From a virus (Duplodnaviria; Caudoviricetes), in the IMG/VR virus record IMGVR_UViG_3300048834_000363, positions 1 through 51,379 of that record: 51,379 bases of DNA; one strand, given 5' to 3'. Positions within the stretch are counted from its first letter, which is position 1; each line of letters opens with the position of its first letter. Below, one piece after another: positions 7,160-17,214 of this stretch. Under the pieces are notes generated by a model that saw only the letters and a list, made by a program, of their open reading frames with translations, did no database searches and had not been told where the DNA came from. Made by a program: the position numbers and the translations under genes.

Positions 7160-10100
7160 TCAGATCAATTGCGCCGAGCCGGTGACCGGGTCGGGTTGGC
7201 GGCGTGAGGCCAGCATGCCGCCGCGTGCATCGGCGCTTTGCCAAATCGAAAGCGAGAGCGTGTCGTCGTCGATCCACTCGACCCCAGCGAAGCGGACCTC
7301 GGCGCCGAAGTTTCCTTCCAGCACGAAGGACTCATCCTCGGCCCGCCATGCGAAGCGAAGCCAGGCGCCGGAGCTGTTCGAGAACTCGACCAGCACCTTG
7401 TCGGTGGTTGGCGCTGGCCCGATGAGCCGCACGTCCTGCAGCGACGAAAACGCCACGGGCAGGTCGATGTCGTATTCGAGCGAGCCGGCCACCACGACGC
7501 CGTTCGCCGCCTTCGCCGGGGCGTAGGTGATCGAGCTCGACGCCGTCGGTGTCTCACCCCGGGCGCCGGTCAGAGAATCGTTGAAGCGGAAGCCCTCGAT
7601 CAGCGTCGACGACAGGTCGACATTGAGCGCGATGAACGCATCGATCGCGGCGTCGCCGCCAGCGTCGGCGATCTCAGGGGTCCAGTCGTCGTCGCCGAAA
7701 TCGTCCCAAGTCTCCTCGGTGCCTTCCCAGGTCGGGACGTCATCGACGGAGGCCGAGGCGCGGTACTCCAGCCAGGTGCGCGCACTGAACGAAGCGATCA
7801 GATCGACGCTGGTGTAGTAGTCGCCGCGCGTCTGGCTGTAGCCGGTCCCTTCCTCGCTCAGCAGTTCGAGCACGGTCTCGCCGCCGATATTTGCGACGCT
7901 CAGAGAGTGCAGCACCCCCGGAAAATTCTGCGCCTGGAAGTCTTCGGCGAGCACGTAATTGCGCGTGCCTTCGACAACGGCGGCCACCCACAGCGAAGCG
8001 TTCGTCGAATAGACGCCGCTCCGGTGGACCGTCTTGATCCAGAAGAGCAGGTCGTCGTTTTCGTCGACGATCGGCCAGTTCACGTTGGCGGCGCCGCCGC
8101 TGCCGCGCCAGACGAAGCGGCCTAAGTCGAACGTGTTGCCGCAGCGGATCTCGTACTGCAGCGTCGTGTCGACATATTGGGTCCAGACGAAGCGGATCTG
8201 ATCGCCTTGCTGGTAGCCGACGAAATTGAGCGGCGGCTCCGGATCGTTGAAGGGCGCCGAGAGCGCGACCTCGCGCCAGGCCGTCGTCAAGACGGTGCGG
8301 CGCGGCGACACCACGGGAGTCGCCCTGACCTCGTAATCGACGTCGACCACCGGCAGCGCCGCGATGACGTATTCGCCCAGCAGAACGATGTCGCGCGGCA
8401 CCGTGACCGAGGTCGCGGCGGCGCCGCCCTTGGGGCGATACTCCAGGCGGATGCCGGTGACGGTTACATCAGCCGGCGGCGTCCAGGTTGCGCGGATGGC
8501 GCCGCCGCTGATGCCGTCTTCCGACGTGATCTCGATCGGCTCCGCGTCGAAGTCTTGCACTTCCGCCGCCGGCAGCGCCGCAGGCGGTAGGTAAGCCGGT
8601 TGGTTCGGATCGAGCTCATCGGTCGCCGGGTTCCAAGTGAACACGCTGGCGGCGATCTCTTTCAGCGGTACGCGCACATTGCCGGAATCGTCGTGCGCGA
8701 CGCCCTGGGCTTCGAACGTGCGCGTCTCGCCACCGAAGCGGCGGGCGCTGGTCCATTCCATCCAGTCGCCGTCTTCGACGCGCATATAGGATGGGCCAAG
8801 CGCCACAACGGCGGTGGCTTCGAGCCGGTTCTTGCGGCGCTTGATCTCGGCGATGCGCTGCGCCTGCGTGCCGCTCTGCACAAGCACGAGATCGATCGTT
8901 TCGTCGCGGACTTCGCCGTCCGCGGCGATGTCTTCGAGCGAACGGCGCATCGGCGCCGAGGTCTGTTCGTAAAGCTGGTTCGGGTCAGCGTAGCGCGCGA
9001 TCACGGTGTTGACGCGCTTGTCGCGGCCGACGCGCTCGCGATAGGTCAGATCGATTCCGCGCAGCAGCTGGTCGTCGGTGAACGTGAAGTCCGCCGCCTT
9101 GGCGACGCCGGGGTCGATGCCGATCGTGCCGGCGCGCTCCACGAGCTGACCGCCCATCGCTGCTGCGAAGTGTTCTTCTTCGTCAATCCACGGCGAGTCC
9201 GCGCGGATGACGCCGCCGCAGCGATAGCGCTTCTCCGTACCGCCGGCCTTCAAGGCGACGTCTTCGTCGCAAAGGTTCATCGCCGCGATCTGGTCGGCGG
9301 CGGGATGCTCCTCGAACGACTTGCCGGGCCCAACCATCAGCTGCGGCGGGTCAGCCGCGTAATTCCAGACGCCCCAGATGTAATTGGAGTGGCAGACCTT
9401 CGCGTTATCGGTCCACTCGTAGGTGGTGGGCTGGCCCCAGCGGTGCGCACCGGAACCGCCCGTCACCGTGCTGTCCTTGCGCGGGTCGTAGCATTTCAGC
9501 CCCTTCACCACCCAGCGGAAGCGCGGGCGGCCGTTCGACCAGACCTCGTCGTCGCGGCGATAGCGCGCCACCACGATCGTTTGGCCCGCGAAGGCGGCCG
9601 CGGCTTCCGTCGGCGTCCACTCGCCAGCGGCGACGCCTTCGCTCGTGATGTAGCTTGGGTTCACCGCGCCAGGCGCGCCGAGCTTCCACTGAATGAAGAG
9701 CTTGTTGGGATTATCGCCGGCTTCGTCGATGAAGTCGGGGTTGAGCTGCACGCCCTGAACGGTGAGCGCGTAATATTTGTCGTCGAGATAGAAGCCCTCG
9801 ATCGCGGTGCACTCGTGGTCCGCCAGCACGATGACGAGCGTCTCGAAATCGTTGTCGGGCCCGTCGTTCCAGGCGTTCGCGAGCGAGCCGCCGGTGGCGC
9901 AGCGTCCGAAGATGGCCTCGCGCGGCGTCTCGCCGAGCGACATTTCGAGCACCAGCGCCTGACGCTCCGCCACACTGGAGCGCTTCGGGGCAAAGAGCTC
10001 CTGCAGCGCGAGCTGGAGCCCGACCTGCAGCAGGATGCGGCCAAACGTCGACGCCGCGAGGAATGCGCTTGCCGCCGCGATAGCGCTGCCGATCGTCGAA

Positions 10101-10222
10101 GCGATCGCCGACACCACCGTGATGACGGCGCTGATTGGGTCGGCCGCCGCCGGCGTGCTGGTCAGCAGCGCACACAGCACTGTCGCCAAGAAGAGGCCGA
10201 GGCGCTTCATCAAACGATCCAA
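7160..10222 (-). CDS. Central tail tip / host-specificity protein (J-like, with FN3-like domains)
   Basis: VKGLKCYDPR, WTDNA, NTVIARYADP, QAQRIA motifs; position after the tape measure and baseplate genes. Confidence 0.9.
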   Translation of the reverse strand: MDRLMKRLGLFLATVLCALLTSTPAAADPISAVITVVSAIASTIGSAIAAASAFLAASTFGRILLQVGLQLALQELFAPKRSSVAERQALVLEMSLGETPREAIFGRCATGGSLANAWNDGPDNDFETLVIVLADHECTAIEGFYLDDKYYALTVQGVQLNPDFIDEAGDNPNKLFIQWKLGAPGAVNPSYITSEGVAAGEWTPTEAAAAFAGQTIVVARYRRDDEVWSNGRPRFRWVVKGLKCYDPRKDSTVTGGSGAHRWGQPTTYEWTDNAKVCHSNYIWGVWNYAADPPQLMVGPGKSFEEHPAADQIAAMNLCDEDVALKAGGTEKRYRCGGVIRADSPWIDEEEHFAAAMGGQLVERAGTIGIDPGVAKAADFTFTDDQLLRGIDLTYRERVGRDKRVNTVIARYADPNQLYEQTSAPMRRSLEDIAADGEVRDETIDLVLVQSGTQAQRIAEIKRRKNRLEATAVVALGPSYMRVEDGDWMEWTSARRFGGETRTFEAQGVAHDDSGNVRVPLKEIAASVFTWNPATDELDPNQPAYLPPAALPAAEVQDFDAEPIEITSEDGISGGAIRATWTPPADVTVTGIRLEYRPKGGAAATSVTVPRDIVLLGEYVIAALPVVDVDYEVRATPVVSPRRTVLTTAWREVALSAPFNDPEPPLNFVGYQQGDQIRFVWTQYVDTTLQYEIRCGNTFDLGRFVWRGSGGAANVNWPIVDENDDLLFWIKTVHRSGVYSTNASLWVAAVVEGTRNYVLAEDFQAQNFPGVLHSLSVANIGGETVLELLSEEGTGYSQTRGDYYTSVDLIASFSARTWLEYRASASVDDVPTWEGTEETWDDFGDDDWTPEIADAGGDAAIDAFIALNVDLSSTLIEGFRFNDSLTGARGETPTASSSITYAPAKAANGVVVAGSLEYDIDLPVAFSSLQDVRLIGPAPTTDKVLVEFSNSSGAWLRFAWRAEDESFVLEGNFGAEVRFAGVEWIDDDTLSLSIWQSADARGGMLASRRQPDPVTGSAQLI

Positions 10223-10608
10223 GCGATTTCCATTGCGGTGCGCGGCAGACGCACTAACCCGCGCAGATCGGGCGCAACGACTTCGGCGCCGAGCACGATC
10301 ACGACGGTCGCGCCTCGATCGGTGCGCACCATTCCGAGATCTCCGCGCTGCGCCATCGCGGGGCTTTCGCGCCGCTCCAGCCTTGCATCGATCAGGTCTT
10401 CGAGCGGCGTCTCCTCAAGGATCGCCATAGCCTCGGCTTCCGACGCGTAGTCCGGGATGTCGGCGAGGCCGTCCTTGTCGATCGCCTCGATCAGCCAGCC
10501 ATTGGCGAAGCTGCAGCAATCGTGCGCGCACTTGCCCCACTCGAAGACGCGGCGCTCTCGCGCGCGCAGGTAGGCGAACAACCGTTCGGGCCAGTCGTGG
10601 CGGCGCAT
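10210..10608 (-). CDS. Tail assembly protein, NlpC/P60-like (DUF6950-like)
   Basis: FEWGKCAHDCCSFA and AQRGDLG motifs; no obvious catalytic His. Confidence 0.75.
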   Translation of the reverse strand: MRRHDWPERLFAYLRARERRVFEWGKCAHDCCSFANGWLIEAIDKDGLADIPDYASEAEAMAILEETPLEDLIDARLERRESPAMAQRGDLGMVRTDRGATVVIVLGAEVVAPDLRGLVRLPRTAMEIAWIV

Positions 10609-10610
10609 GA

Positions 10611-11273
10611 TCAGTACGACCTCGACTGCAGGCCGCCGTGGCCGCTGCCGCCGGTTGAGCCGCCGCCGTGCACGCTGCCCGCGGTCTCAGGCTTCTGGCC
10701 CCAACGCAGCGTCTTGCGCGCCACCGTCGAGACGTATTTCAAACCGCCGTCATTGACGCCGCCAAGCACGCGCTGGTCCGCGTTTGAACGGATGCGGGCG
10801 CCGCGCCGGCTCATGTCGCGCCGCGGCCCCTCGATGTGGAATTCGATCGAGGCCTGCCCGCCGACCTTCTCCGTCACGGTGACGTAATCGAGCCGCCCGC
10901 GCATGAAGACCATGGCGCCCAGCAAGATGCTCGGCGCATCGGGGGTGAAGACGAGGCGCCAGATCGTGAACGGCTTGCCGGCGTAATCGACGCTTTCGAT
11001 GGTTGCCGCGATGTCGGGGTCGAGCGCCGACAGCGTGATCGTGACGCCCTCTGCGGCGCCGCCGATCTGCGAGCTGATCGGGACAATAAGCGCTCGCGAG
11101 CCGACGCCCTTGAAGATGTCGGTTTCGGGTTCGCCAGGCAGCAGCATTTTGCCGACGCCGGAGAAGAAGCAATAGCGGTGGTCGTCGTCGATGATCAGCC
11201 GAGCGGCGCCGCCGATGACAGGTCTGCGCCCCGCGAGTGCTGCAATCGCCTCACTCGCCAGCTGCTTCGACAT
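10611..11273 (-). CDS. Minor tail / hub protein
   Basis: Position between the distal tail and NlpC-like genes; ADQR...DGGLKYV...LRWG C-terminal pattern. Confidence 0.75.
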   Translation of the reverse strand: MSKQLASEAIAALAGRRPVIGGAARLIIDDDHRYCFFSGVGKMLLPGEPETDIFKGVGSRALIVPISSQIGGAAEGVTITLSALDPDIAATIESVDYAGKPFTIWRLVFTPDAPSILLGAMVFMRGRLDYVTVTEKVGGQASIEFHIEGPRRDMSRRGARIRSNADQRVLGGVNDGGLKYVSTVARKTLRWGQKPETAGSVHGGGSTGGSGHGGLQSRSY

Positions 11274-11957
11274 CTACTCGAACTCAAGGTTTTGCTTGGC
11301 CTCGAAGGCGACGCGGCGACTCTTGTGTTCGGCGTCGCGATCGCGGCCGGTGACCACCATCCGGCAAGAGGCCTTGATCAGGTTGACGGTCCAATCGGCG
11401 GCGACGTCGGGATGGATGTACGGGCGCACCGTCCAGATGCCGACGCCGCTCGAATTGGCGCTGTAGGATTCCATGCAGCGGTGCAGTGAGCGGAAGTTGT
11501 TCTTCCGGAGCTCGATGTAGTCACCCTCGATCAGCTGGAGGCCGACCGGCAATTGCTGGCCGCTGCCATCGCCGATCGTGATCTCATCGCGCGCCGTGTT
11601 CGCTTCCCATGCCGTCGACGTGCCGTTGAAGGCGCCGCCGCTGACGGCGCGCGTCAAGGCGTTGCCGTTGGCGTCGACGAAGCCGCGCCGATAATTCCAG
11701 GGCAGGGGCCGGCGCACATCGTAGGCGAAGAACTCGCGGCCCGATCCGTCGAGGCTGTCGAGCCAGGCGCGCCAGCGCGAGAACTCGACCTCGGACGCGC
11801 ATTCCGTCGAGAACTTCGCAGCCCAAAGCGTCGGCCCCAGCATGGTGGAGATGAACCGCCCGCCTTGCTCGCCAGAATTCGCTTCCTGCGGTTCGGGCTC
11901 GAAATAGACGGAGCTGATGCGCGTCGATGGAATCGTACGCGGGTACGTGATCGCCAT
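11274..11957 (-). CDS. Distal tail protein-like
   Basis: Directly after the tape measure gene; WRAWLDSLDGSGREFFAYD pattern. Confidence 0.75.
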   Translation of the reverse strand: MAITYPRTIPSTRISSVYFEPEPQEANSGEQGGRFISTMLGPTLWAAKFSTECASEVEFSRWRAWLDSLDGSGREFFAYDVRRPLPWNYRRGFVDANGNALTRAVSGGAFNGTSTAWEANTARDEITIGDGSGQQLPVGLQLIEGDYIELRKNNFRSLHRCMESYSANSSGVGIWTVRPYIHPDVAADWTVNLIKASCRMVVTGRDRDAEHKSRRVAFEAKQNLEFE

Positions 11958-11964
11958 CAGCCGC

Positions 11965-14900
11965 TTACCTCAAAATCTGACGGCGCGAGAATTGGTCATT
12001 CACCAAGGCGCGGACCTGCAGATCGCGGGTCGCCTGATCCTCGGCGAGGATCTGACGCAGCTGGCGCATCTCCTCGCTGGTGCCCGTGAAGTTGATCGTC
12101 TTCTTGTCGACGATCTGGATCGTGGCGCCGCCGAAGCCGCCGTTGGGGATGATCGTGCCGGGTTGCTTCGGGACGAAGAATTCGGGGCCGCCTTCACCGA
12201 CGAGATAGGCCGCGCCGCCCATGACGGGCCCGCCTGCCATCCGGGCGCCGCCGAAGCGCAGAAAGCTTGAAGCGATCGTGCTCAGGATCGTGCTGGAGCC
12301 GCCACCGCCTTGCGTCGCGACCTGGCCCAGCGCGTTCGCTGCAGCAAGCGCCGCCTTCGTGAGCGCGTTCATCGCGAACACTTCGGCGGTGACAGCCGTG
12401 CCCTTGATAGTTGCGTTCGCCGCATCCTTGGCGGCGGAGGCCGCGGCAACGGCGCTGCCTAGGGCAAGCTTGCTCGCGGCATCGGCTGCGGCTGCACTCA
12501 GCACGGTGCCGAGGGCTGACGCGGCATCGGCGGCCGACTTGTCGAGCTCGATCATGCCGCCGCCGAATCCTGGAACGGAGGTCGGTGAGAAGATCGAGGC
12601 AATGGCGCTGCCCAGGCCTTCGCTGCCGGATTGCATGACGCCGCTCAGCACGTCGCGGAAGGCGTTGAAGAGCAGATCGGCGACGTCGTTTAAGGCGCTT
12701 TCCAGCCCAGCGGCGGCGCGCTCACGCAGCCAGTTCTCGAAGAACTCGCCGAGGTCGCCCTCGATCGCTGCACTGACGCCGCCCCGGAACCATTCGCGGA
12801 ACTTGCCTTGCATGTCCGCTTGTTCGAGGGCGGCGACCTCATCGCGGGCGCGTGCGGTGGCGGCCTCTTCCGACAGTCCGAACTGGCGCAGCTCCGCGAT
12901 GCGCTCTTCGAGTTCGAGGCGACGTTCGATCGCACGTTCGGCACGTTCGTCGCCGCGGGCGCGGGCGATGTCGAGATCGTCTTCGAGCGCGCGGCGTTCC
13001 AGCGCCTGCGCACGATCGAGCTCGCGCGCCTCGCGCATGAGCTGCACCCATTCGGTGGCGATGCGCAGCGCCTCCTCTTCGGAGAGCGCCATCTGGTCGA
13101 CCAAGTCGCGGGTGCGGCGTCGGATCTCCAGCTCGTCGCTGAGCTGATCGGCGAGCCCGATATTGTTACGCAGGCGCGCCAGCTCGATCTGATCCTGCGC
13201 CTGAGAGATTTCGAGGCTGCGCAGCGCCTCGGCGTTCATGGCCTCGCGTTCGGCGCGGACCTCGGACTCGGCCTGCACGCGGGCGTCAGCCAGTGCGAGG
13301 CCCGCCGAGACGTAGGCCGTGGTGCGCTTCTCGATCTGCTCCGCGTCTTCCAGGACTCGGATGCGCGCTTCTTCGTGGCGCAAGCGGGCGAGATTCAGTT
13401 CGGCCTGGCGCTGCAGGTCTTCGATGGTCTGCCGGCGGGTGCGAGCGCCGGGGTCCGTTGCTCCAGCGCCAGCGGCACCGCCTGCGCCACCGGCGCCGGC
13501 CTCATCGGAGGGCCGCACCAATTGGCCGCGCTCCAAGCGCTCCAGCACGCCGCGCAGGAAGTCGATGCGCTCCTGCTGACGCTCGATCTCGGCCTGGCCT
13601 TCGCGGTTCAGGCGGTCGTTCTGTTCGAGCCGCAGGTCTTGTTCGGCGGGGTCGCCGAGGGCCCCAAGGATGTTGGCAAGGCTGCGGACGCGCTGCGCAC
13701 GCTGCTCCGCCGCGACCAAGGCTTCGCGGTCCGCGATGGCCTGCTCGATGGTGCGAAGTGTGTTCTCGCGCTGAGCTTCGGAGAGGTCGCGGGCGGCGCG
13801 CTCCTGCACCGACATGCCTTCGGCGACGTCGTCGGTGGAATCGGTCAGATCGTCGAGATAACCGGCAGCGCGGTTCGCCTCATCGGCGACACGGCCCGTT
13901 TCATCGGCGGCGCGGCCGATCTGATCGGCGGCGTCATCGGATGCGACTTCGAGCCCAGCGATGATCTGCAGGGCAGAGTAGAGGCTGTCTTCGGCGCGGC
14001 CGAGCAATTCGGCGCGCGAGGCGAAGACATCGGTCTGCGTCGCCAGATACGCCATGCCGGCGCCGGCAGCCGTCAGCGCGATGCCGAGCGGGCCACCGAA
14101 GAAGGCGAGGCCTCGGCTCAGCGCCGCCGCTGCGCCGCCTGCTGCGGTCATGTTCGCGGTCAGAGCGGCGACAGCGGTGACGGCGCGCGCCACGGCCTGG
14201 CCCGCGAAGGCGCCGCCGATCACGGTCGCCGCGATGATGGCGGCGTCCGCCAGCATCTCGAAATTGTTGGCGGCGTAATCGATGAGGCGCGTCAGCGCGC
14301 GGGTCGAGGAAGAGGTTTGCTCATTGGTGCCGACGAAGCGAGCCGCCTCGGTGCGGAGGCGAGTGAACGAATCCGCCACCGTGAACGTGGTGCGGGCGTA
14401 GGCCTCCTCGATGTCGGCCCCGGCATTGCGGATCGCTTCGAAGACGCGGCGGCTTTCGAGCCGGCCTTCCTGACCGAGCTTGCGCAGGTTGCCGACAGTG
14501 GTTTCGAACTCACGCGCGATCGCTTCCGAGATCGGGCGGGAGTTTTCCAGGATCGAGCGGAGTTCGTCGCCTTGGAGTCGGCCCGAACCTAAACCCTGAC
14601 CGAGCTGGCGGATGGCGCCAGCGCGTTCAGACTGCGATGCGCCAGCCAGCGCCTTCGACACGATCTCGGTGACGGCCAAGACGTCGGCCATCGAGGCGCC
14701 GAGGTCTTCGCTCGATCGATACATCCGCGCGAAGAGGTCGGCGGTGGCCTCGAGGTCGGAACGCGTGCGCGACGCGATGTCGGCAACAAGCTGTTGCGTA
14801 TCGGCGAGATCGCCTGACTTGACGCCAGCGAACGCCAGCGCGTTGCCGACGCGGATCCAGACGTCGCCGAGTTCGGTGACGTCTCGAACAACGACACCGA

Positions 14901-15102
14901 CGCCGATCGCGGCCAAGACGCCGCGCACGTCGTTGGAGAAGTTGTTGAAGTCGCGCGTGATCTGCCGGTTCATTTGCTGGAACCGGCGTTCGACACGCTG
15001 CGCTGCGCGGTCGGCTTCGCCCGACGCCCGCAGCATCTCCTTTTGGAATGAGCGCAAGTCAGCGCTCAGCTGGAGAACCAGCTGCTCGGTGTCACGCGCC
15101 AT
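11965..15102 (-). CDS. Tail tape measure protein
   Basis: 1045 aa, Ala/Glu/Arg-rich helical; QLGQGLGSGRLQGDELRSILE motif; C-terminal GGPV...YLVGEGGPE. Confidence 0.95.
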   Translation of the reverse strand: MARDTEQLVLQLSADLRSFQKEMLRASGEADRAAQRVERRFQQMNRQITRDFNNFSNDVRGVLAAIGVGVVVRDVTELGDVWIRVGNALAFAGVKSGDLADTQQLVADIASRTRSDLEATADLFARMYRSSEDLGASMADVLAVTEIVSKALAGASQSERAGAIRQLGQGLGSGRLQGDELRSILENSRPISEAIAREFETTVGNLRKLGQEGRLESRRVFEAIRNAGADIEEAYARTTFTVADSFTRLRTEAARFVGTNEQTSSSTRALTRLIDYAANNFEMLADAAIIAATVIGGAFAGQAVARAVTAVAALTANMTAAGGAAAALSRGLAFFGGPLGIALTAAGAGMAYLATQTDVFASRAELLGRAEDSLYSALQIIAGLEVASDDAADQIGRAADETGRVADEANRAAGYLDDLTDSTDDVAEGMSVQERAARDLSEAQRENTLRTIEQAIADREALVAAEQRAQRVRSLANILGALGDPAEQDLRLEQNDRLNREGQAEIERQQERIDFLRGVLERLERGQLVRPSDEAGAGGAGGAAGAGATDPGARTRRQTIEDLQRQAELNLARLRHEEARIRVLEDAEQIEKRTTAYVSAGLALADARVQAESEVRAEREAMNAEALRSLEISQAQDQIELARLRNNIGLADQLSDELEIRRRTRDLVDQMALSEEEALRIATEWVQLMREARELDRAQALERRALEDDLDIARARGDERAERAIERRLELEERIAELRQFGLSEEAATARARDEVAALEQADMQGKFREWFRGGVSAAIEGDLGEFFENWLRERAAAGLESALNDVADLLFNAFRDVLSGVMQSGSEGLGSAIASIFSPTSVPGFGGGMIELDKSAADAASALGTVLSAAAADAASKLALGSAVAAASAAKDAANATIKGTAVTAEVFAMNALTKAALAAANALGQVATQGGGGSSTILSTIASSFLRFGGARMAGGPVMGGAAYLVGEGGPEFFVPKQPGTIIPNGGFGGATIQIVDKKTINFTGTSEEMRQLRQILAEDQATRDLQVRALVNDQFSRRQILR

Positions 15103-15125
15103 GGTTTAGGTGATGCCTCTTGGGT

Positions 15126-15359
15126 TCAGTCGAGGTGTTTGAAGCGCTCGACGAGGGCGTCGTGCTCTTCGTTGCTGGGCGGTTCAGGCTTGCCGCCGCC
15201 TTGGGCCTTCACCCAGCCGTCGACGCAGGCCTGGAATTCCCACAGGCTCATTTCGCCTACTTCGGCGGGGGTGAATCCGATTGCTGCGCCGAGTCCGTAT
15301 ATGGCGGCGAAGGCGACTCGGCCGTCGCTTCTGGGCTCTCCGCCGCCGGTGCTTTTCCC
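15126..15359 (-). CDS. Tail assembly chaperone -1 frameshift extension (gpGT-like)
   Basis: Slippery G GGA AAA at 15359..15353; the -1 frame reads ...AIYGLGAAIGFTPAEVGEMSLWEFQACVDGW...HLD-stop; not in the ORF track. Confidence 0.8.
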   Translation of the reverse strand, partial: GKSTGGGEPRSDGRVAFAAIYGLGAAIGFTPAEVGEMSLWEFQACVDGWVKAQGGGKPEPPSNEEHDALVERFKHLD

Positions 15360-15700
15360 ACCGGTTCATCCGGCACGCCCACGATCACCGCGAGCAGGAT
15401 AGCTTGCGCGACAGGGACGTTCTCGCCGAGCGGCTGATCGTCGACGTAGCGCTGCACCATGGAGAGCGCTTTCGTCGCCGGCATGCCGCCGCCGATTAAT
15501 CCAAGCCTGATCGTCTCGCGGATGTCGTTGACGTACCAAGCGCCCGAACAGATGCGCTGGAAGATCGTCGCCGGGCCAGCGTTGCACTTTTCCTGCAGCT
15601 CTTCGAGGCGCGCGATCGGCAGGCGGAAGGTGTATTCACCATCCGCCCACGTAAGATCGACTTTAGCCTTTCGGCTGGGCTTAGGGATCGCTTCGCTCAC
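15257..15700 (-). CDS. Tail assembly chaperone (gene transfer agent gp10-like)
   Basis: WADGEYTFRL...LEELQEKC...IRLGLIGGGM; lies between tail tube and tape measure genes. Confidence 0.85.
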   Translation of the reverse strand: MSEAIPKPSRKAKVDLTWADGEYTFRLPIARLEELQEKCNAGPATIFQRICSGAWYVNDIRETIRLGLIGGGMPATKALSMVQRYVDDQPLGENVPVAQAILLAVIVGVPDEPVGKAPAAESPEATAESPSPPYTDSAQQSDSPPPK

Positions 15701-16146
15701 GTGTTATTCGCGAACGTGATGGCGCCCGTCGATTGCAGCGTGATCGAGCAATTGCACTTCTCGCCGCGGTTGCCGCTGATCTCGAAGTTCGTGCAGTGCC
15801 AGGCGCCGGTGAAAACGCGGCCGCCGCTGGCGCCAGAGATGTCGGTGACGACCTTGACGTTCTTCGGATCGGCCGAGCTGAACCATTCCCAGAACAGGTC
15901 TTGGTCTGGCGCGTTCAAGGTGCCGGCGCCGTTGATCGTGCCGGAGAGCGAGACCTTCTCGCGCTCAACCCACGCCATCAGGTCGGGGTCGTCGCAGTCC
16001 GGCACGTTGACGTCATTGGTCTGCGCGCTGAGCTGGATGCCGCGTTCGGCGTTGATCGAGCAATTGTGCGTAAACGCTTCGGGATCGCCGCCGTCGCCGA
16101 CTTTGATCAGAAGGCTCCTGCCCGGGACTGTAGTGGCCTGCGCCAT
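15697..16146 (-). CDS. Major tail tube protein
   Basis: LLIKVGDGGDPEAF...PDCDDPD...SGTINGAG...LQSTGAITF. Confidence 0.9.
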   Translation of the reverse strand: MAQATTVPGRSLLIKVGDGGDPEAFTHNCSINAERGIQLSAQTNDVNVPDCDDPDLMAWVEREKVSLSGTINGAGTLNAPDQDLFWEWFSSADPKNVKVVTDISGASGGRVFTGAWHCTNFEISGNRGEKCNCSITLQSTGAITFANNT

Positions 16147-16235
16147 TTGCGTGCTCTCCTTGAACGCAAGAAGCCGCCGTCACGGGTTCGCACCCATGCG
16201 GCGGCGGAAGCTGGTTTCGTTTGGGTTGGGGCCGA

Positions 16236-16682
16236 TCAGGCCGGGTCGATCAGGTAGCGAAAGACGATGACGCCGTGCGTCGTTTCACCGTCGGGGTCAG
16301 TGGGGTAGCGTGCGTCGCGGAGCTCGTGCTCTTTGACGACGAAGCCCTCGATCGTCAGCACGGAGTCGAGTGCTTCCTCGATGGCGCTGCCGATCGCCTT
16401 GGCTTCGATGCGGCCGACCGCGCGCGACCAGACGTGCACCGTGACGAACACTTCCCACGCTTTCTCGCAGGTCGTGCTGTCGTCGATGATCTGGTCGTCG
16501 CCGATCGTGATGTAAGGCATGCGTACGCGCCTGCGATACGCCGCCTCGGTCTCGTTTGGTTCGGGTTGCGGGATCGCATCGTAGACACGCGGGCGCTCCG
16601 AACCAAACGCCGCCAGCAATGAGGAGCTGTCGCGGAGCGCCGAGAACACGGCGCGTTGCAGCGCGCCGGCTAAGTCCGCCAC
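16236..16682 (-). CDS. Tail terminator (DUF3168-like)
   Basis: LQRAVFSAL, RVYDAIP, PYITIG, VHVWSR, HGVIVF motifs. Confidence 0.85.
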   Translation of the reverse strand: MADLAGALQRAVFSALRDSSSLLAAFGSERPRVYDAIPQPEPNETEAAYRRRVRMPYITIGDDQIIDDSTTCEKAWEVFVTVHVWSRAVGRIEAKAIGSAIEEALDSVLTIEGFVVKEHELRDARYPTDPDGETTHGVIVFRYLIDPA

Positions 16683-16704
16683 GGCGTCAGCTCCAGGTCA
16701 GAGA

Positions 16705-17199
16705 TTAGGCGCTGCGGCCGATGACGGCGATCCGATAGGTCGCAGAGCCGCCAGCTGCGTTCTCGATCCTGAGATCGTCGGCGGTGGTTGCGGTGATCGC
16801 CCAGCCGGCGGGAGCAAACGCGAATAGGAAGCCGCCCGGCTTGATGACCGCCTTATCGCCGGCAGCGGCGAAGAAGAGCTGCGCCTCAGCAGAAGCGCCG
16901 CCCACGGTCAGGTTCGTCGTGTTGGCCGCGTCTGCCTCGATCAGCACCGCCACGACCTCAGCGACCGTGATGGTGTTGCCGAAGGCGTCGATCAGCGCGC
17001 CAGCCAAGTCGAGGTCTTCAGAGGCCTCCGCAGCCAGCGTTCGCGAGTCGCTGAACGCCAGGTCGGCCTGGGCGTTGCCCGTGCCGTGAGAGAGCGTCTT
17101 GGCGATCGAGAGGGCCAGTTCCGCTTTCGCGCTGCCGAGGTCGGGGCTCGCGGTTTGTGTAAACGCGATCGCCGCGTTGATGCGCGTCGACAAACTCAT
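16705..17199 (-). CDS. Hypothetical virion structural protein
   Basis: Beta-rich, Ala-rich protein inside the neck gene cluster. Confidence 0.7.
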   Translation of the reverse strand: MSLSTRINAAIAFTQTASPDLGSAKAELALSIAKTLSHGTGNAQADLAFSDSRTLAAEASEDLDLAGALIDAFGNTITVAEVVAVLIEADAANTTNLTVGGASAEAQLFFAAAGDKAVIKPGGFLFAFAPAGWAITATTADDLRIENAAGGSATYRIAVIGRSA

Positions 17200-17214
17200 G
17201 TGCTCTGCTCCTGC

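Noticed and set aside
10210-10608. NlpC/P60-like gene as the missing endolysin
   Set aside because: It sits in the conserved tail-assembly position and lacks an evident catalytic His
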